A stretch of 64,000 nucleotides of DNA, from contig JAPEUD010000062.1 in the NCBI GenBank assembly GCA_026026165.1, positions 1-64,000 on the forward strand, read 5' to 3'. A model generated the notes under the pieces. The model was not told the origin of the DNA, searched no databases, and saw only the letters and a program-made list of their open reading frames with translations. This stretch comes from Sarea resinae (Eukaryota). The position numbers were made by a program, and so were the translations under genes. Positions 11,706-27,118 of this stretch are shown piece by piece. Within the stretch, counting starts at the first letter, position 1, and each line of letters begins with the position of its first letter.

Positions 11706-14700
11706 TCACCGTTTCGACTTTCGCCCGCCCACGCCCACACTACTAGTGAACCGACCGAAATTGCCCAGGCTCGACCGGCTTCTATGCGTCGTGTTCGCCG
11801 TGCCCTGACCCTGTTGTCCCTGGCCCGGGCCCTGCTGCTGTGCCATCCCGCCCGCAGCGGCCGACGACGAAGAAGCAGCGTTGGCGTTCTGCGCGCCTGG
11901 CCCCAGTGGCGCGGCCGCAGGAAGAGAGCCTACGCGCTGATGTTGGTTCCCATGCAACGAAGCCGCCGAGGCGGGCCGAACGATGCCGTGCGTGGCAGAA
12001 GTGACGCCAGCTCCAGAAGAATGGCCAGCGTGCGCTCTTTGCCCGGCCGGGTCCTGTGGCGTCGAAGACGCGAGGCGCAGGCGCGCTGCCTGGTCCAGGG
12101 GCATCGATGACGATGGATGCGTGTCCCCGTGGGCACCGGGTCCGAGCGTCTGCAGACGTTGCAGCCGGCGTGCTTTTTCCTGCGCCAATTTAAACTTGTC
12201 GAGGAGGTCGGTCCACTTGATTGTACCTTGGGTCGAGGTCGAGGAGTCGTCGCGGGATTTCAGCCGATTCGGACGGCCTTCGTAGGGGGCGGGTTGAGAG
12301 GGAGGACTGTGTGTGCGTGCGAAGTTAGTGACTTTCTGTCGGGGTGGATTTAGGAGAAGAGGGAGCTGGAACGTCAAGGCGGAAAAGTGACAACAAGACG
12401 TACGCTCTTGGGGCGATGTGAAGATAGCCGATTGCGCTGACGCTATTGAGACGGTTCTTGAGAGCTGCAAAGGCAGATGATTGCGGGAGAAGCATCAGCA
12501 CGCCGTAGAGGCATTTGTAAAGGTAAGGGTATTTCTCTGGTTCGAGGAGCTGGAGTCGGAGGTCTGCAAAGGGGATTAGTCATGGTAGTCGAGTCAGGGG
12601 TTCCATTCGAGGGACTTTGTACATGTAAATACGGGTGACTCGAGCAGTTGGACGAGCTTGTCAATCTGAATGAGCATATTGACCGTCATCTCGAGCTCGG
12701 CGCTACTGGAATTTAGTACGAATCGTTCCAACCCATAAGGACACGCTTCACATACAAGATCTGGAGGAGATTATATGCCTGTTCGTATGCTTGTGCTAGG
12801 AGGCATAGAGAAAAGGTAGCAACGGCATTGTTGGACCAAGACCGGAAAAGAGCCACGAAAAACGTTTGACCGTCCTTGACATTTGTTAGTTTCGTCTTTG
12901 CCAGGAAGCGTACGAGAACCTTACTCGGGACTCAAGGTTCCTTAGCCGTTTTCGCAAGTCAGCCAGTTCTGGCGCCGTGATGAGATTGTTGTTGAGATTT
13001 TGGACCATAATGCTGGCAAATTCGATATCCTTTATTAATTTATTTCAGTTTCACTTCTACCAGACGATCATCTTCGAATGGACCCACCTCGTCCTTGCTC
13101 AAGCAATCTGCTAGAGTCCGATAGATCCGTTCCGCACTCAAGCTCACACACAGTTGCCTGATTATCAGGTTTCCTCGAGTTTCGAGCAACCGACGATCAG
13201 TACAGAAAAGCTGAAGCAGGTTGACCATGAAAGATGTGAAATAACTGTCTTCGCTGTTCCTCGAGATTTGAGAAAGTAGCTGCAGATCACGAGTAACTAC
13301 AGCTTCCGATGGATCTGAGAGTGTCTTCAAAAGAGCTGGGAACGTCCCATCATCTATAGCCAGCACCTGTAGAATGTTAATATTGAATTCGAAGAACAGA
13401 GAACAGACGTACCTTGCGGGGCGCTTTCTGGTGCAGCATTATCAGCCATTTCAAAGCCGCTACCCGTGTGGCCTCATGCTCATTCAGGAACTGCAGAGTC
13501 AAGGCGCTGACAGCAGCTTGGTAGTCTAAATTCATTTTTCGAGCCGGTGCAGGTGCTTGGCTGGTAGGTTCCTCTGGCGCCGGTGTTTCAGGGCCCTTCT
13601 TGCTATCGGGATCACGATTAGATGCTGCCGGAATCTTTGAGCCGGACGAGTCTCTTCTTTCCGCGCTACCGAGATCTTTGGGAACAGGAGTAGGTCCTCT
13701 GGCAGGGGCATTTGGAACTTGGGCGAGGGTAGGTTCCTCCGATAGTGATAGAATATACTCCATCAGTGAAGTGTTGACTTTATTCGCGGCCTGGCAAACT
13801 TGTTGTCCGTCACTTGCCATAGCAGGCAGGACTTGGGCTAACAACCTCGGTACGAAAGGCAGTAAGTCTTCTGGACAGATCTCGAAGAAGCTGTCAATCC
13901 ATCGTAATGCAGTAAGTTCAATTTCTTCCTCTGAATTTCAAAATCAGCTTAATAAGCAAAGACAGCGGCTCTAAACATACCCGATTTGGGATCAAGAAAG
14001 CTTACTAAGATCTCTAGAATCTTAGGATGATCGACTTGGACGTCCTGGCCGGGAATCCAGTCGCCATCGCTGCGGCTCTCCGAGCCGCTTTCACTACCCG
14101 ATCCTGATTTCGAGCTTTCATCATCCCGCTCTTCTTCGTTGGCGGCTTCTTTCTCAACATGAGAGCTGACACTCTCATCTGTCGTGGATTGCTTCTTATC
14201 CTCGCCTCGCCCACTGCGACTCTCTGCTATGCCGCGCTTGACTCGCGCAATCTTTTTGATTTCATTCAAAAACTTCTCGAGGGCATCCTGAGTAGCAACG
14301 TGTACATCTCTATTGGGATCACTAAGGAATTTGAACAGGCCACCGAGAAATGCCGGGAGGTAGAAAACGAGCTCAAGGTCAGGAATTGAATCTAAAAGGG
14401 TAATCCACGAGACCAAGAATGTCCGAGTGAAGGGATTCATGACATGGATCCTCTCCTTCAGAAGGGGTATGAATCGAGCAAGAGAGAAAGCAGTCGGGAC
14501 ATCTATGGATTGCTCGTCATCGGAGCCCTCAGAGATCTTCTCCTCTGGCGTCTGAAGAACCGAGACATATGTGGCCGCTGATTCAGACACGATATCTTTG
14601 ATCAAGCGGTCAAGCAATTCCGCACCGTTCTTGACAGAAAGCTCCGAGTCCGCAGCAAGCTGAGATATGTTACTTTCTATATTTTCTTCTAGATTTTGGC

Positions 14701-15219
14701 TCTCAATGGCAAATACCTTACACAGTGCATCGAATATCTCGTTGAAAAAGGGTAAAATTTCCCCTTTGGCAACTTTGGCTATGTTGTACATGCTCTCGCA
14801 TGCGTAATACCTGACTCGGGCATCTTGATCGGTGAAGCAGGCTAAGACGGGTGGAACAATCTCCACTAGATATCGAGCAACTTGCTAAGGGGCAAAGGTA
14901 AGCCGAGAACAGACGGCATATCGGTATCTTCATCTTACTGGCCCGAGGGCGATTGACGCTGCCGCCAGTCCTATGAGCCCGCCATTTCTTGCATGAGGTT
15001 GATGTACGGCATAGGCATATTCATGGCAGAGCTGGTCCACGATCTTTGCAATCTTCTCCTCGTCTTTGGCTGCGCTGGCCTCGCGGATCGTCCTCTCAAG
15101 ACTGGCAAGTATCAGATCGTCTGTCGAGCCTTAGTGAAACCAAGGACTTACTCAAGAGCCCCCGCCTTTCGCTTGTCATAGAGCTTGTCGGTGAGAGAAC
15201 GCTGGATATTGGGATCCAT
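11706..15219 (-). CDS. VAC14: Vacuole morphology protein Vac14 (PI(3,5)P2 complex scaffold, HEAT repeats), multi-exon
   Basis: ATG 15219 [100 protein letters not shown] 11706-11708. Confidence 0.95.
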
Positions 15220-15988
15220 CTTCGATGAATACTACTAGTATTCAAGTGCGCCACATGATGTAGAGTAGAGATGTCTGCAGTTACGATTTGGAGGGCGCAG
15301 TGACAGTGCAAGACTGGCACAGTGATTGGGAGCGGACACCAGTGGATTCGACACCACGTACACGCTTCTGACTGGCGAATTGGCTCGTGCGTGCTGGGAG
15401 ATATTGGCGTCGTTTCTCACATCCAAGCTTCACTTATCTGGCTGATATCTGAAAGTTCTTCGAGTCGTCTGCTAGCCACGACGGGCGGATGGATTATCTA
15501 ACAACGTTGGATCACGTCCGGGCGTGTCGAGTGCGGCATGGATCTGGCGCCCCGGGGATTGATTGTTTTCGGACGGAGATCACCGTCTAGACGACTCGAC
15601 TCCAAACAGGCGACGTCAGTGACGATTTGCCTTCTACGTCCTGTCCAGTAGGCTAGAATGAATATGCACAATGACCTCGCCAATATCACATATCGACCCT
15701 TTCTTCGCTCAAAGCTCTTGACGGGTTCATGGATGCCGGATGCTGGACGCTCGATAACCCCTCTTCTTCTCGCAGATTCATGAAAGATGAGGCAGGGCTG
15801 GTCTAATCAGTCCTTCGATTCGGACTACTTTTCTCGCCTTCCTTTTGGACGACTGAAGGTGCGGTAGATGGGAACCGGGACTAGCTTTTGGAGCATCGCA
15901 ATACCCTCAGCCAGTTTGAACGTTCCCAAAGGCAAGATAGAGATAGGTAAGGTGCAGGGGGCACTTTTTGTCTGCACATTCGATCGCC

Positions 15989-18152
15989 ATGGATATCGCA
16001 GACACCCAAGCTGCCTCGTCATATCCTTTTCCAACAACAGCTCTCCGCAATTGGGTGATCGCTTTGTAGGTTCCTTTTTGATAACACCTTCAATTTTTCT
16101 CTCCCTGTCAACACCTGCTGAATCGTTTCAGTGTTGTTTGCAACTTCAATGTGGATATTGGTACGGACACGTGACCGTGAATTTGCTATCCTACCTATTG
16201 CGTCTCTGATCTCCCCCAGGTCCGGAAATTGAGCTGGTATATCCAGAGACAAACTTCACACAGTCTGATCTCTCTGCAATCTGCTTTAACAGGCATGTCA
16301 TAGCTCAGATCAAGATTTTCCCTAAAGAAGGAGCATTAATCGTCACCTAGTTTCCCTGATCGTCAGGATGGTGAAGTGACAGATGATCTCAAGTTCCATT
16401 TTACCCTTCGCAATCACTCGTCTTTGATCTCTGGCTCCGATGGTAGCTCAATACGAAAGCTTGACTATTTCTATGGATCGTGCGTATTTCGACAGGAGGC
16501 GGACATCCTAGCTAAACGAAACTTTGGACAGAAGACACTGGTTCTGGTCTCTCACCTTGATTTCCCCAGCCTGCATCTGAGAATTCTCGACCTTATGACA
16601 TCCACCGACTTTATCAACAATCCCGACGCACTTGAAGCCGCGTGCATCCAAATATCTGCGTGGAAGCCCCCAGCGAATGGCCAGCTGGAATTGCCCTTCT
16701 TTGGTTCGTTGCTGAATGTAGATATGTAAGCTATAGTAATTATTCTTCCATCATTAGTACTGCTAATCAGACAAAGTCCTCCCCATCCATCCTTCCCACT
16801 ACAGGGCATGATATTGCCTTCGAAGATAGGGGTTTCTTTGCCGCCATCCATACATATATATCCATCAGAGCCCGTTGGTTCGTGGGATAAGCTGGTGTAT
16901 CTACTGTCTTCTCTTTCGGAACTTTATGTGATCTTCGAGCAAGTTAGTGTTTCCCTTATACAAGTGTGAAAATGCTGACTCAATAAGGCCCTGCTCGCGG
17001 AGCCTATAGTCGTTCTTGCCAAGAGTCCTCAAGTGTGCAGCGAATTGTAAGCTTTCCTGGCTGCGATATGCCATACCAGTTCTAATCCTCTAAGCATCTC
17101 TGCCGTCATTGATATGATCAGACCCGTAAGTTTTGGTTACTCCTGCTCTCAACGCATATACTGACTGAGACAACAGGTCCCATATGCTGGTGAAAGCCGA
17201 CCCTACCTTACAATGCAATCTGGTATATATCCCTTTTCAGCGGGTAGCCGACTTGTACTGACCGAACCCAACAGAATTCCCTGCTGGGAGCCTTGAAAAA
17301 GTAGGGAGGCTCTCCACACACGCTTGAATGTGCTGCTAACAATATTAAGGGGGAACCTGGGAATTATATCATAGGTCAGTGAGCTTCTGTTTCGGCGTGA
17401 GCTCCACTGATGATTGTAGGCATTACAAACCCATTCATTCTTCGGAGGAATCCTGCACTGTCCGAAACGCATACTCACAGCGGGCCTTACATTGTATATC
17501 TACACAGCAAGAATTTCCCGGTGCCACGGTTAGTTGAGTCTACGAATGCGGGATCAGGACTAGGCTAAATTGACATGGCAGACGTATACATCATCAGCAG
17601 CAACACATCCATGCTGACTATCAAGTCCCCGGAGGCGCTGCCCCTCTCAATCGATCAAAGGGTTGCATGGCAAAAGACGAGAGATTTCTCAAAAATTTGG
17701 AAACGTTGATTAGACATGAAGGCCTGGATCGTACGCTTTCTTTCACTTCCAAAGGATAGGCGTCGCTAAATGTATCAGCAGCTGGAGAGGTTGGATCTTT
17801 AGTCCGCAGGCATTTTGCGTACCTCACCGGAGCATTTCTCGCTCCCCTCAATCGATACCTGGCGACACTTATCTCAGACGCTGCCGCATCACCCCGTGGA
17901 GGCCCGCAGTATCCCCAATTCTCCGATGCAGATTTTCTACGAAGCTTGTCGAAGTATGGCTCTTCTGTGCATTTTAAAGGGCAAACGTCAGTCCAAAGAC
18001 ACAGAACACGAGATAGTTTCTACAAGCGTTTTTGTCGTTCACCGAATTTTCAGTCGTGGTCGGAGGTCAAACTGAAGTTGGAAAAGGAAGCATTCATCAG
18101 CGGCTCCTCGCAGCAGCAGCCAGCAGACTCTGAAAAGGGAACGGCAATTTGA
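15989..18152 (+). CDS. DENND6/FAM116-like DENN-domain protein (putative Rab GEF), about 13 exons
   Basis: Manual splicing gives WVIAFVVCNFNVDIGPEIELVYP...SAICFNSFPD...FYGSCVFRQ...RNFGQKTLVLVS...LAEPIVVLAKSPQVCSE...PYAGESRPYLT...GITNPF...LVRRHFAYLTGAFLAPLNRYL...FYKRFCRSPNFQSW. These are all DENND6-like signatures. Confidence 0.8.
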
Positions 18153-19063
18153 TAGAAATGAAAGATGCTTTTTCACAGTTCGGATAGAACGACCGAGTCC
18201 TATCGAGAGTGAGCTGGCAGGGTGTGCTTCAGCGTGAACGTTTAGACTCAAAGACGGACGCAACAAAGGGTTCTCGGTTGTCAAGACGATATCCAGCTTG
18301 TCATACAGAGGCAACAGTAGGCAGGAAGCACGACCATCCTTGATCGCGAAGGATATCATCTGGTGCTGCTCCACAAGGGCCTCGCTCCAAGAGTAGTAAA
18401 CAAGGGGATTATCAGCTATCTCCCTTATCAAAGAGAGTCACGTTCGGTTCGATCCAATGTGCCGATCCAACGTCGATCGCCGGAATGCCAGGGAAGGGCC
18501 ATCACGGGGAGGGCTCCGGTGACCTTCGAAGTGATGATATCGCTTAGTCATCAGATTACGACTGTTTCCCAGGCAGCAGTACTCGTATCAACCTTTGAAG
18601 GATACCTCGACGGGTGGCGGGTACCAAGAGCGACTTCTGCTCAAGCGTCTCGGTGGCCCACTCACGAGGTACACTGCTCGTACTCTACCCCGTAGCGACC
18701 AACCGAAAAGCCGAACCAGCCACCTCATTCGGCCATATCCGTCGAGCTCCCCCCAGTCTCTCCGTCATCGCCGTACCTGCACCACCGCTTACTACGTACA
18801 CCTAGTCTGATACCTCATCCATCCTGACAGTTACGCCTGCCGACCTTCCCCTTCCCTTCCCCAACCCTCACTACTACTCCTCCTCATCCTCTCTTCTGTC
18901 GCCTGATCCCATCCATCTCCATCTTCCTCTCTTTCATCAACCTCAATAACCGTCCTTTTGAATCATCGACCGTCGTCTTTTCCATCCATTTCATTCTTTC
19001 TCTGCGCACTTCTCTCTCCCTCACCTCCCAAGTCGGGTTGCCTCTTGAGCCTCGATCGCCATC

Positions 19064-20474
<1,411 letters not shown>

Positions 20475-20728
20475 ATTTTGACACTTTCTTTTGTTGAGAC
20501 CAAATTGGATGGAATGGGCTGGGGTGCCGGAGGAGGATGGAAACTGTGATTTGCTGGTGTATCTATCTAGGCACGCAATTATTGAATGGAACCAAACAGA
20601 ATGAATTGATTGATTAGTTGACACCAAAGAGGTCTGGCTCGTGGAAGGGACGAGTAGTGTACAGTTTTGAAGGATGCTTTGAGACTCTTAAGCGGATCAC
20701 ACAAAAGCTCCCGTTTGTTGACTACGTC

Positions 20729-20788
20729 GTCTGCCTGTCTGCCTGTCTGCCTGTCTGCCTGTCTGCCTGTCTGCCTGGCTGCCTGTCT
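20729..20788. repeat. Octamer tandem repeat (GTCTGCCT)~7 in the PEP4-kinesin convergent intergenic SSR island
   Basis: Read directly. Confidence 0.9.
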
Positions 20789-21757
20789 ATCCACTGACTT
20801 CTTTCTTCCCTCCCGGCGATCTCTTGTTCGTTGATTCTCCGACTCTCGTTCATTCTTTGTGGATAGTTTCCCGTCTCATCCTATCCTATCCTATCCTCTC
20901 CTCTCCTCTCCTCTCCTACCCTACCCTATCTTATCCCGTCTAGCATGTCTACCACATCTACCACATCTACCACGTCTGTGGCCGTGTCTGTGGCTATGTC
21001 TACGCCTATATGATGATATAACATACAACATCTATGTAGTACAACTTACTTGGACCTGAGTGAAGTCCTATAACCCCCCCGCCCGGCCCCGGTACTTTGT
21101 TTGTACAGTGTAACTAATCGAAACGGTAACGGGGCTGGTAGATAGCCACCCCATCTGTTTGATAGATAAGCAGGCAGATGGGTGGGTGGGTAGGTAGGTA
21201 GATAGGGATGATATGGATTTCTAGCTCAAGCCTTATACCAGTGTAGGTATCCCTTCCCTTTCCCCCTTCTCTCCCCGCGCGCATCTCCACGGCATTCCTA
21301 TCCCATCCTCTCACGCTCTCTCTCACTCTTTCTACTAGGTATTCCGAGATGAAGATGAGGATGAGGATGAGGATAGGAATGGGAATGATGGGAAAGAAAA
21401 GATGGGGTTGATGGAATACCTAACTACACTAACCCTCCTCCGTTTAACCCACACATGTCCTTCCCGTCGAAGGGAAAGGGGAAGGAGAAGGGTGAAGAGA
21501 AGAAAACGGGGATGGATGAAAGAGAAAGACAAGGAAGCAAAGACTCCTGCTACACCGCCCTCGAACGCAAGCCAAGTACAGCACGAATGCAACAAAAAGG
21601 GGGGGAGGGATATGATGAATAGGTAGGTAGAACGCTTAATGCTCCGAACGTGAAAGCGAAGTGAAAACAAAAAGCTCGAAGTGAGCGAGGAAGAATGGGA
21701 TGGAGGTGATAAGGTAGGGCAAAGGGTGGAATGCACGGACGGTTGGAAAAAAGATAA

Positions 21758-24559
21758 CTAGACCAAAACGCCCTCTCTCATTTTCTCGACCGCCTTGACC
21801 CCGACGCCTTTCAGCGCCGCCAGCTGGTCGAGACTGCGGATCTCGCGCCTCCGTCTCTCTGCCATGTCCTGGTGCCAGTCCAGTCGCACGCCTGCATCTT
21901 CACCCCCGTCGTGGTCCCACATCTCGTCACCTTCATCCTCATAATGGTGTCGAGCGTGTTTGTGGCGGTTGGCATCGTCGTCGTCATCATCGTCGTCGAG
22001 GAGCATGCCCAGGCTCTCGACAATGATCTCGGCTTTCTTGGCACCGACGCCGCGCAGGGAGCGGATGCGCGAGACGTCGCGTGTGTTGATTATGGAGAGG
22101 AGGTGGGACGTGCGCGGTGTATTCGCCGGTGCACATTCAGAGGACCCAAACACGTTCGTGGATGAGGTTGGGGCTGGGATGGAGGAGGAGGCGGTGGTGG
22201 CGGGGGCAGCGGTGGGGAGGTCGGTAGTACTGCTATCGCGGAAGACGTTTAATTTACTCTTCGATTTCCGTTTCGCTTTCGAGTTTTTCCGATGCTTGTA
22301 TTTCGTGGGTTTGGAGGCGGGCTTATGATAGTCTGAGTCTGCGTCCGAGTCGCTCTCGGAGGCGGAGGCGGCAGCGCGGAAGTCGTCATCCTCATCGGAG
22401 GCATCGTTCGAGGAGCGAGGACGAGGCTGGTGGGACTTTGGTCTCGTGGTCTGTTTTGGGGGTTGTGCTTGTATTTTGAGCGCAACACCTGTTGGGAGAG
22501 GAACGGGTGCTGAGGCACGGGAAAGGGGCTGCTGTGATGGGGCAGCAGCAGATGCCGCAATTGAAGTCGCAGTAGTGGTAGCGTTAGTGGTGACGGTGCA
22601 TTGTTGTTCACGTTTCGCTTTCAGTTTCTCTTGGATGGCGTGCATCTTGTTCGCAAGTTTTTCGTTGTCGGGGAAGAAGGGAAGGGCAAGCTGGTACATT
22701 TTCAGGGCTGAGACGTCTTCGCCTCGGACGTGATGTTGTTCTGAGAGGTTGCATCGTTAGCCAGGTCGAGGGGGACTGGAAAAGACAGGTTCAATTCTGG
22801 GGGGAAGTCTTACTAGCCATAAGTAGGTATGTTAGACCCTCTGCTCTCGTGTCTTCTTTGTTTTCGCTGTAACAGTCCAGTCAGTATTTGAGCCAAAACT
22901 TTCCCAAGGCCTTACACACATCTTCTGCTCTAACAACTCCAATCTCCGCTGCACCTGCTCGCTGATATCCGGCACAGCTGGCTTGCTCGGCTCATTAAGC
23001 GCACGAGCAGCCAAGATCTCCTCAACCTTCTTCTCGACCATCTCTTCCAAGGTTGCCTTGGACATATTCGGCTCTCGCGTACCTGGAATTCGAGACGAGT
23101 CACTCGGTCTGACCAGCTTGCTCGGACGACCGATCGAAGATTGCACGTTGTCGAAGCTTCGCTTGAGAGGCTCCGCCCTTGTGTTTTGAGCGGGTTTTGC
23201 TGCTTTTCGATCGGAATACACCGCGAAGGATTTGGCCGGCTTTTCACTATTGGAGGTGTTATCGTTGTTGACCGTGGAGTTGTTCGATGTGGCCAGCGCT
23301 CTTAATGGTTGCCGCTGTATCGACGGACCACTGATGGAAGCAATCGCCCTTGGGGGTCCTTTGAAGATTGGCTCGTTTTCGACCTCCTTGATTTCAATTT
23401 TCTTGGTCCGATTGGCAAAGTTGAGAGAACTAAGAGTGTCGAGATGGTATGATTTGACAGGAGCGAGGTTTAAGATCATGATAGTCAAGCCGTTGTTTTG
23501 TCCTAAGGACAGGATCCTAGTCATTTTGGATTCGCGATATGGTATTCGACTTTGCTTCTTGCTAATGGCCTCCACGCATTGCGCGAGCACAAAAAGACTT
23601 TTGTTGATGCTGGCTGATTCGACAAGCCTCTCTTTGCCGTTGTCCGTTCTCCGGTTGTCTTCAGACCCTGCCAGATCAATGGCTGATGCAATGCTGGTTC
23701 TGGTTTCCTCGCCTGTGGTGATTGCCACCTTGACACATAAGACCGCGTGCGAACGTGACGAATGTGCATTGAGCTTCAATGATATCAGTAACAGTTATCT
23801 CGTGGCAGAGCGTCGTAGGATTACCTTTGTCGCCGACGTTGAGCGATTGACGTTTGCTTGGTCATAAAGCATTTCGAATTCTTTCAGATTCGTGCAAGGC
23901 CTCTCGGTCAGCCCGACGACGACCGTTTTACCATGGTTGTCCCTCAGCTGCAGGCCGGTGGGAGTTCGCTTTTCTGGAGCTTCGAAAAGATCAAAGACTC
24001 GATCCTATATATCGGTCAGCTCCGTGTCGTAAACTTGACCCGATCTACCTTACGTTATAGATCTCATAGTAGCTCATTGATATCTGGACTGTGCTTGCGC
24101 CTTGCGAATCCTTCTCTATCTTGCGACTTCTTCTGAAAATCCCACTCAGCAGCCGTGGGATGACGCCTCTTTCAGCCAGGGTCTTCCCTCCCCGCATCGT
24201 ATGCGTCTTCCCAGTGCCTGTGACTCCATATGCGAAGAGGGTAACGTCGAATCCATTGAAGAGGTGTTTGATGGTGGGCGAGACTAGCCGCAAGGAGTCA
24301 GCAAGGCCTAATTCATAGCATCGCGGGGCAACCATCCCGTACCTTCACCGTCGAAGATATCCTGCTGGGTTGCGTGGCGATCGTACACGCTATTGAATTG
24401 GAAACTGAAATCCTCGGTCGCTTTCTTGGGATTGGGGATCCTGACAATATTCGGACTGCTCGATGAGGCGCTTCCAGACGAGGCTGCTTCGACGATGGAA
24501 TCTCTGTCGAGCTCGGCCTTCAGCAGCGGCCGAATACGCGCGACGACTCGGACACTCAT
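21758..24559 (-). CDS. Kinesin-10 family (KIF22/Kid-like) motor with C-terminal helix-hairpin-helix DNA-binding motifs
   Basis: ATG 24559 MSVRVVARIRP; P-loop AYGVTGTGKT; switch I NAHSSRSH; switch II DLAGSE; IPYRESKMTRIL; HhH motifs LRGVGAKKAE and LKGVGVKAVEK. Confidence 0.92.
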
Positions 24560-27118
24560 GATTATGTTCAATTGTCGAGATCCACTCTTCAATGCCTCAC
24601 ATATATTGACGCGTGAGTACCTGCAGGACCAGATCCACCCTTTTGACGTTCGCGATATATGGGCTGCCGCCGAGCTCCCTCGCAGTACTACTGCGTATGC
24701 CTTCCTCTGGACTCCGGAGTGAGGTACTTTGTACTTCGCAAAGTCTCGGACGGTGAGCGTGTGCCGTGGTTGGTTGGCCGGGCAACCCCTTAACCGCTCA
24801 ACTTCTCTCACCCCCTACTGTGTACGAAAATACTCTGTACCGAGATCATGATAGAAGGCTGAAGTATGGACTTGAAGAGATGGCACAGCAGAGCTGCTCC
24901 AGGTCTGACTAGCGTTATGCAACCAAATCCTTGATCTGATCCTGACTCTGAGAAACATTCAGGAGCGGCAAGCAGGACAGCGTCACGAGATGATACGGGA
25001 ATACATGCTTCAAGACGTCCATCCGCCAGCGTTTACGACTGTTTGAGTCGCTCGAGTACATACTCTAACGGCAACCAGTCGCTGCCAGCTGCGCAAGCTA
25101 TGATCAGGTACCGACCTCTTCTACACTGACGCCTTTCCTATAAGTGGTCTATATCCCGATGCTCATCGATCTCGACTCAGTTGAGATATGACCTTCGTTT
25201 CGCTGGATTTTGTGCTCGAAGCGTTCGCAAATATGCCTCTGACGGCGCTGGCTCCTTCAAAAATAAGGACTGGGGAACTTCTTCTTAGAAGAGGATACGT
25301 CTGTCGGAGTTTACAGCCTTCTGATCCACCTTCTTGTTCTTCGGTCCGATATCTGTCAGTGTCGTTGCTGTCCAGGGACTCAATGGAGACCCTGTCATGA
25401 GCAGGTCGGACGTGAATAATCTATCCGAGGCTGAAAGGATTTGTAACTGAGCCGCTAGTGCCTATGATATACGGCTGAACGAACATTCGGAAGCATCATA
25501 CTCTGTGCTTGCTGTGAAGAGGAAGAGGTCACCTTGAGTAGATGCGTTGAGATTAAGCTTCCTATGGGGCCGTGGCTGGGTACGAATGAAAGAGACATGA
25601 GCAAGCTCTTGGGAGGGAAAGACACCGAGGCAATACCGTTGTGGGGCGGGTCGTTTCTTCATATTAAGGTATCTATCGCTTGGCGACATATTCATTTTGG
25701 CATGTTGGTGGGTTGCTCTTCAACGTTCAAGTATACGAATCAACTTTGGAACTTGGACCCTTTTTCTTCTCTGAGATTATATTTCATACCCCTGATACCT
25801 GATATGGGAAATTTCAAAGTCAACAGGTTCCATAAGCACATGTCCGAGGTATCAACCCAGTAATGTGCGCCCTGATACTATTGCGATTAAGGTCGAGGCA
25901 CAAAGCAGCTTTCAAGACGATGCTTCAAGACGACAACGCACTTGATGATTGCTTCTTACCTCGGTTGATTCGGCAACGGATAGGAGAATTGGTATTGAAG
26001 AGGACCATCGACCTGGAGGGCTGGCCGAGCCAGCCCCGCGTGCGTGAGCAAGTCAAAGGTCTGATATACAATTGTACGAAGGTAGCGTCGTAAAAGTGCC
26101 GGAGAATGGCAGCTTGGGCTCCAACAGAGATTCCAACATCAACCGTTCTCCCCCACCATCTAGGCCGAGGCCAAACGTACGAGGTGGCCGAGTGATCTCT
26201 CTCTCCGTGGCAGTCCTGCATCCCTAGGCCTATCTCGCATGCGGAACGGCGCACGCCATTCTGATGCAAAATCCGGTTTTCTGCATGAGGACCAGATGAT
26301 GGGATGGGCCGTCGTCAGCTCATCAGCAACCTAGGTAAGCTTGGGACCCTCGAGGTGTGATGTGGCGCAAACGTCATCGCCAGGTACGTCTCTCCTACCC
26401 GCTTGCAGTGTGGAGTGTGGCCAGTGGCCAGTGGCCCTGGGCCAGGGACACGGGATCAGGGGCTGTTCGTCAGTCCGGCCCTTTCAGGGTCTCGACGTTC
26501 GTTCATCGAAGATCGGATTGCGCTCGCCTGACCCGCATTTGGAAGAAAATGGTCCAATCGGACTGTAAGTGGTTGTGTGGTTGTTTGGGGGTGGGGTCGA
26601 GACCTCGGTAGAAACGCATGCGTCAGTGGTTGATCTGCCTTCGTCATGGTACTCCGTAGATCCATGGATCCCATGAATGTCGCCTTCCAGGCCATCCATG
26701 ATGAGAAAGCCGCAATCCGAATGATGTCGCCGCGCCACAGTTCGATTTCCCATTCCACTTTTCCATTTGCATTTCTTCCATGCCGTACCTCCCACTATCA
26801 GTAGGCTCGATGGCAACCTTGAACCGTCCTCGTAATCCCGTCAGTACGAGCCACAATGGCCTAGGTCTCTAAGAGTAAGGTGCGAACGACTTACGTACGG
26901 GGTGGTGGCTTTTCCCATTGGACATCAGAATAGGTACGCATCCGTACCGATGCCTCGAAATCCTCTCAACGTTCATCCCTTCTATTTCGTCTTACAGGAT
27001 GACGTAGTGGTCGGTGGTGGATGAAGATGGAGGTATCATTGATGGATGCAGAGGGGCACCTTCCCTGTCGCGGGGTAGCAATACTGGAAACACTGAAGAC
27101 AAGCACTGCCTTCACGGA

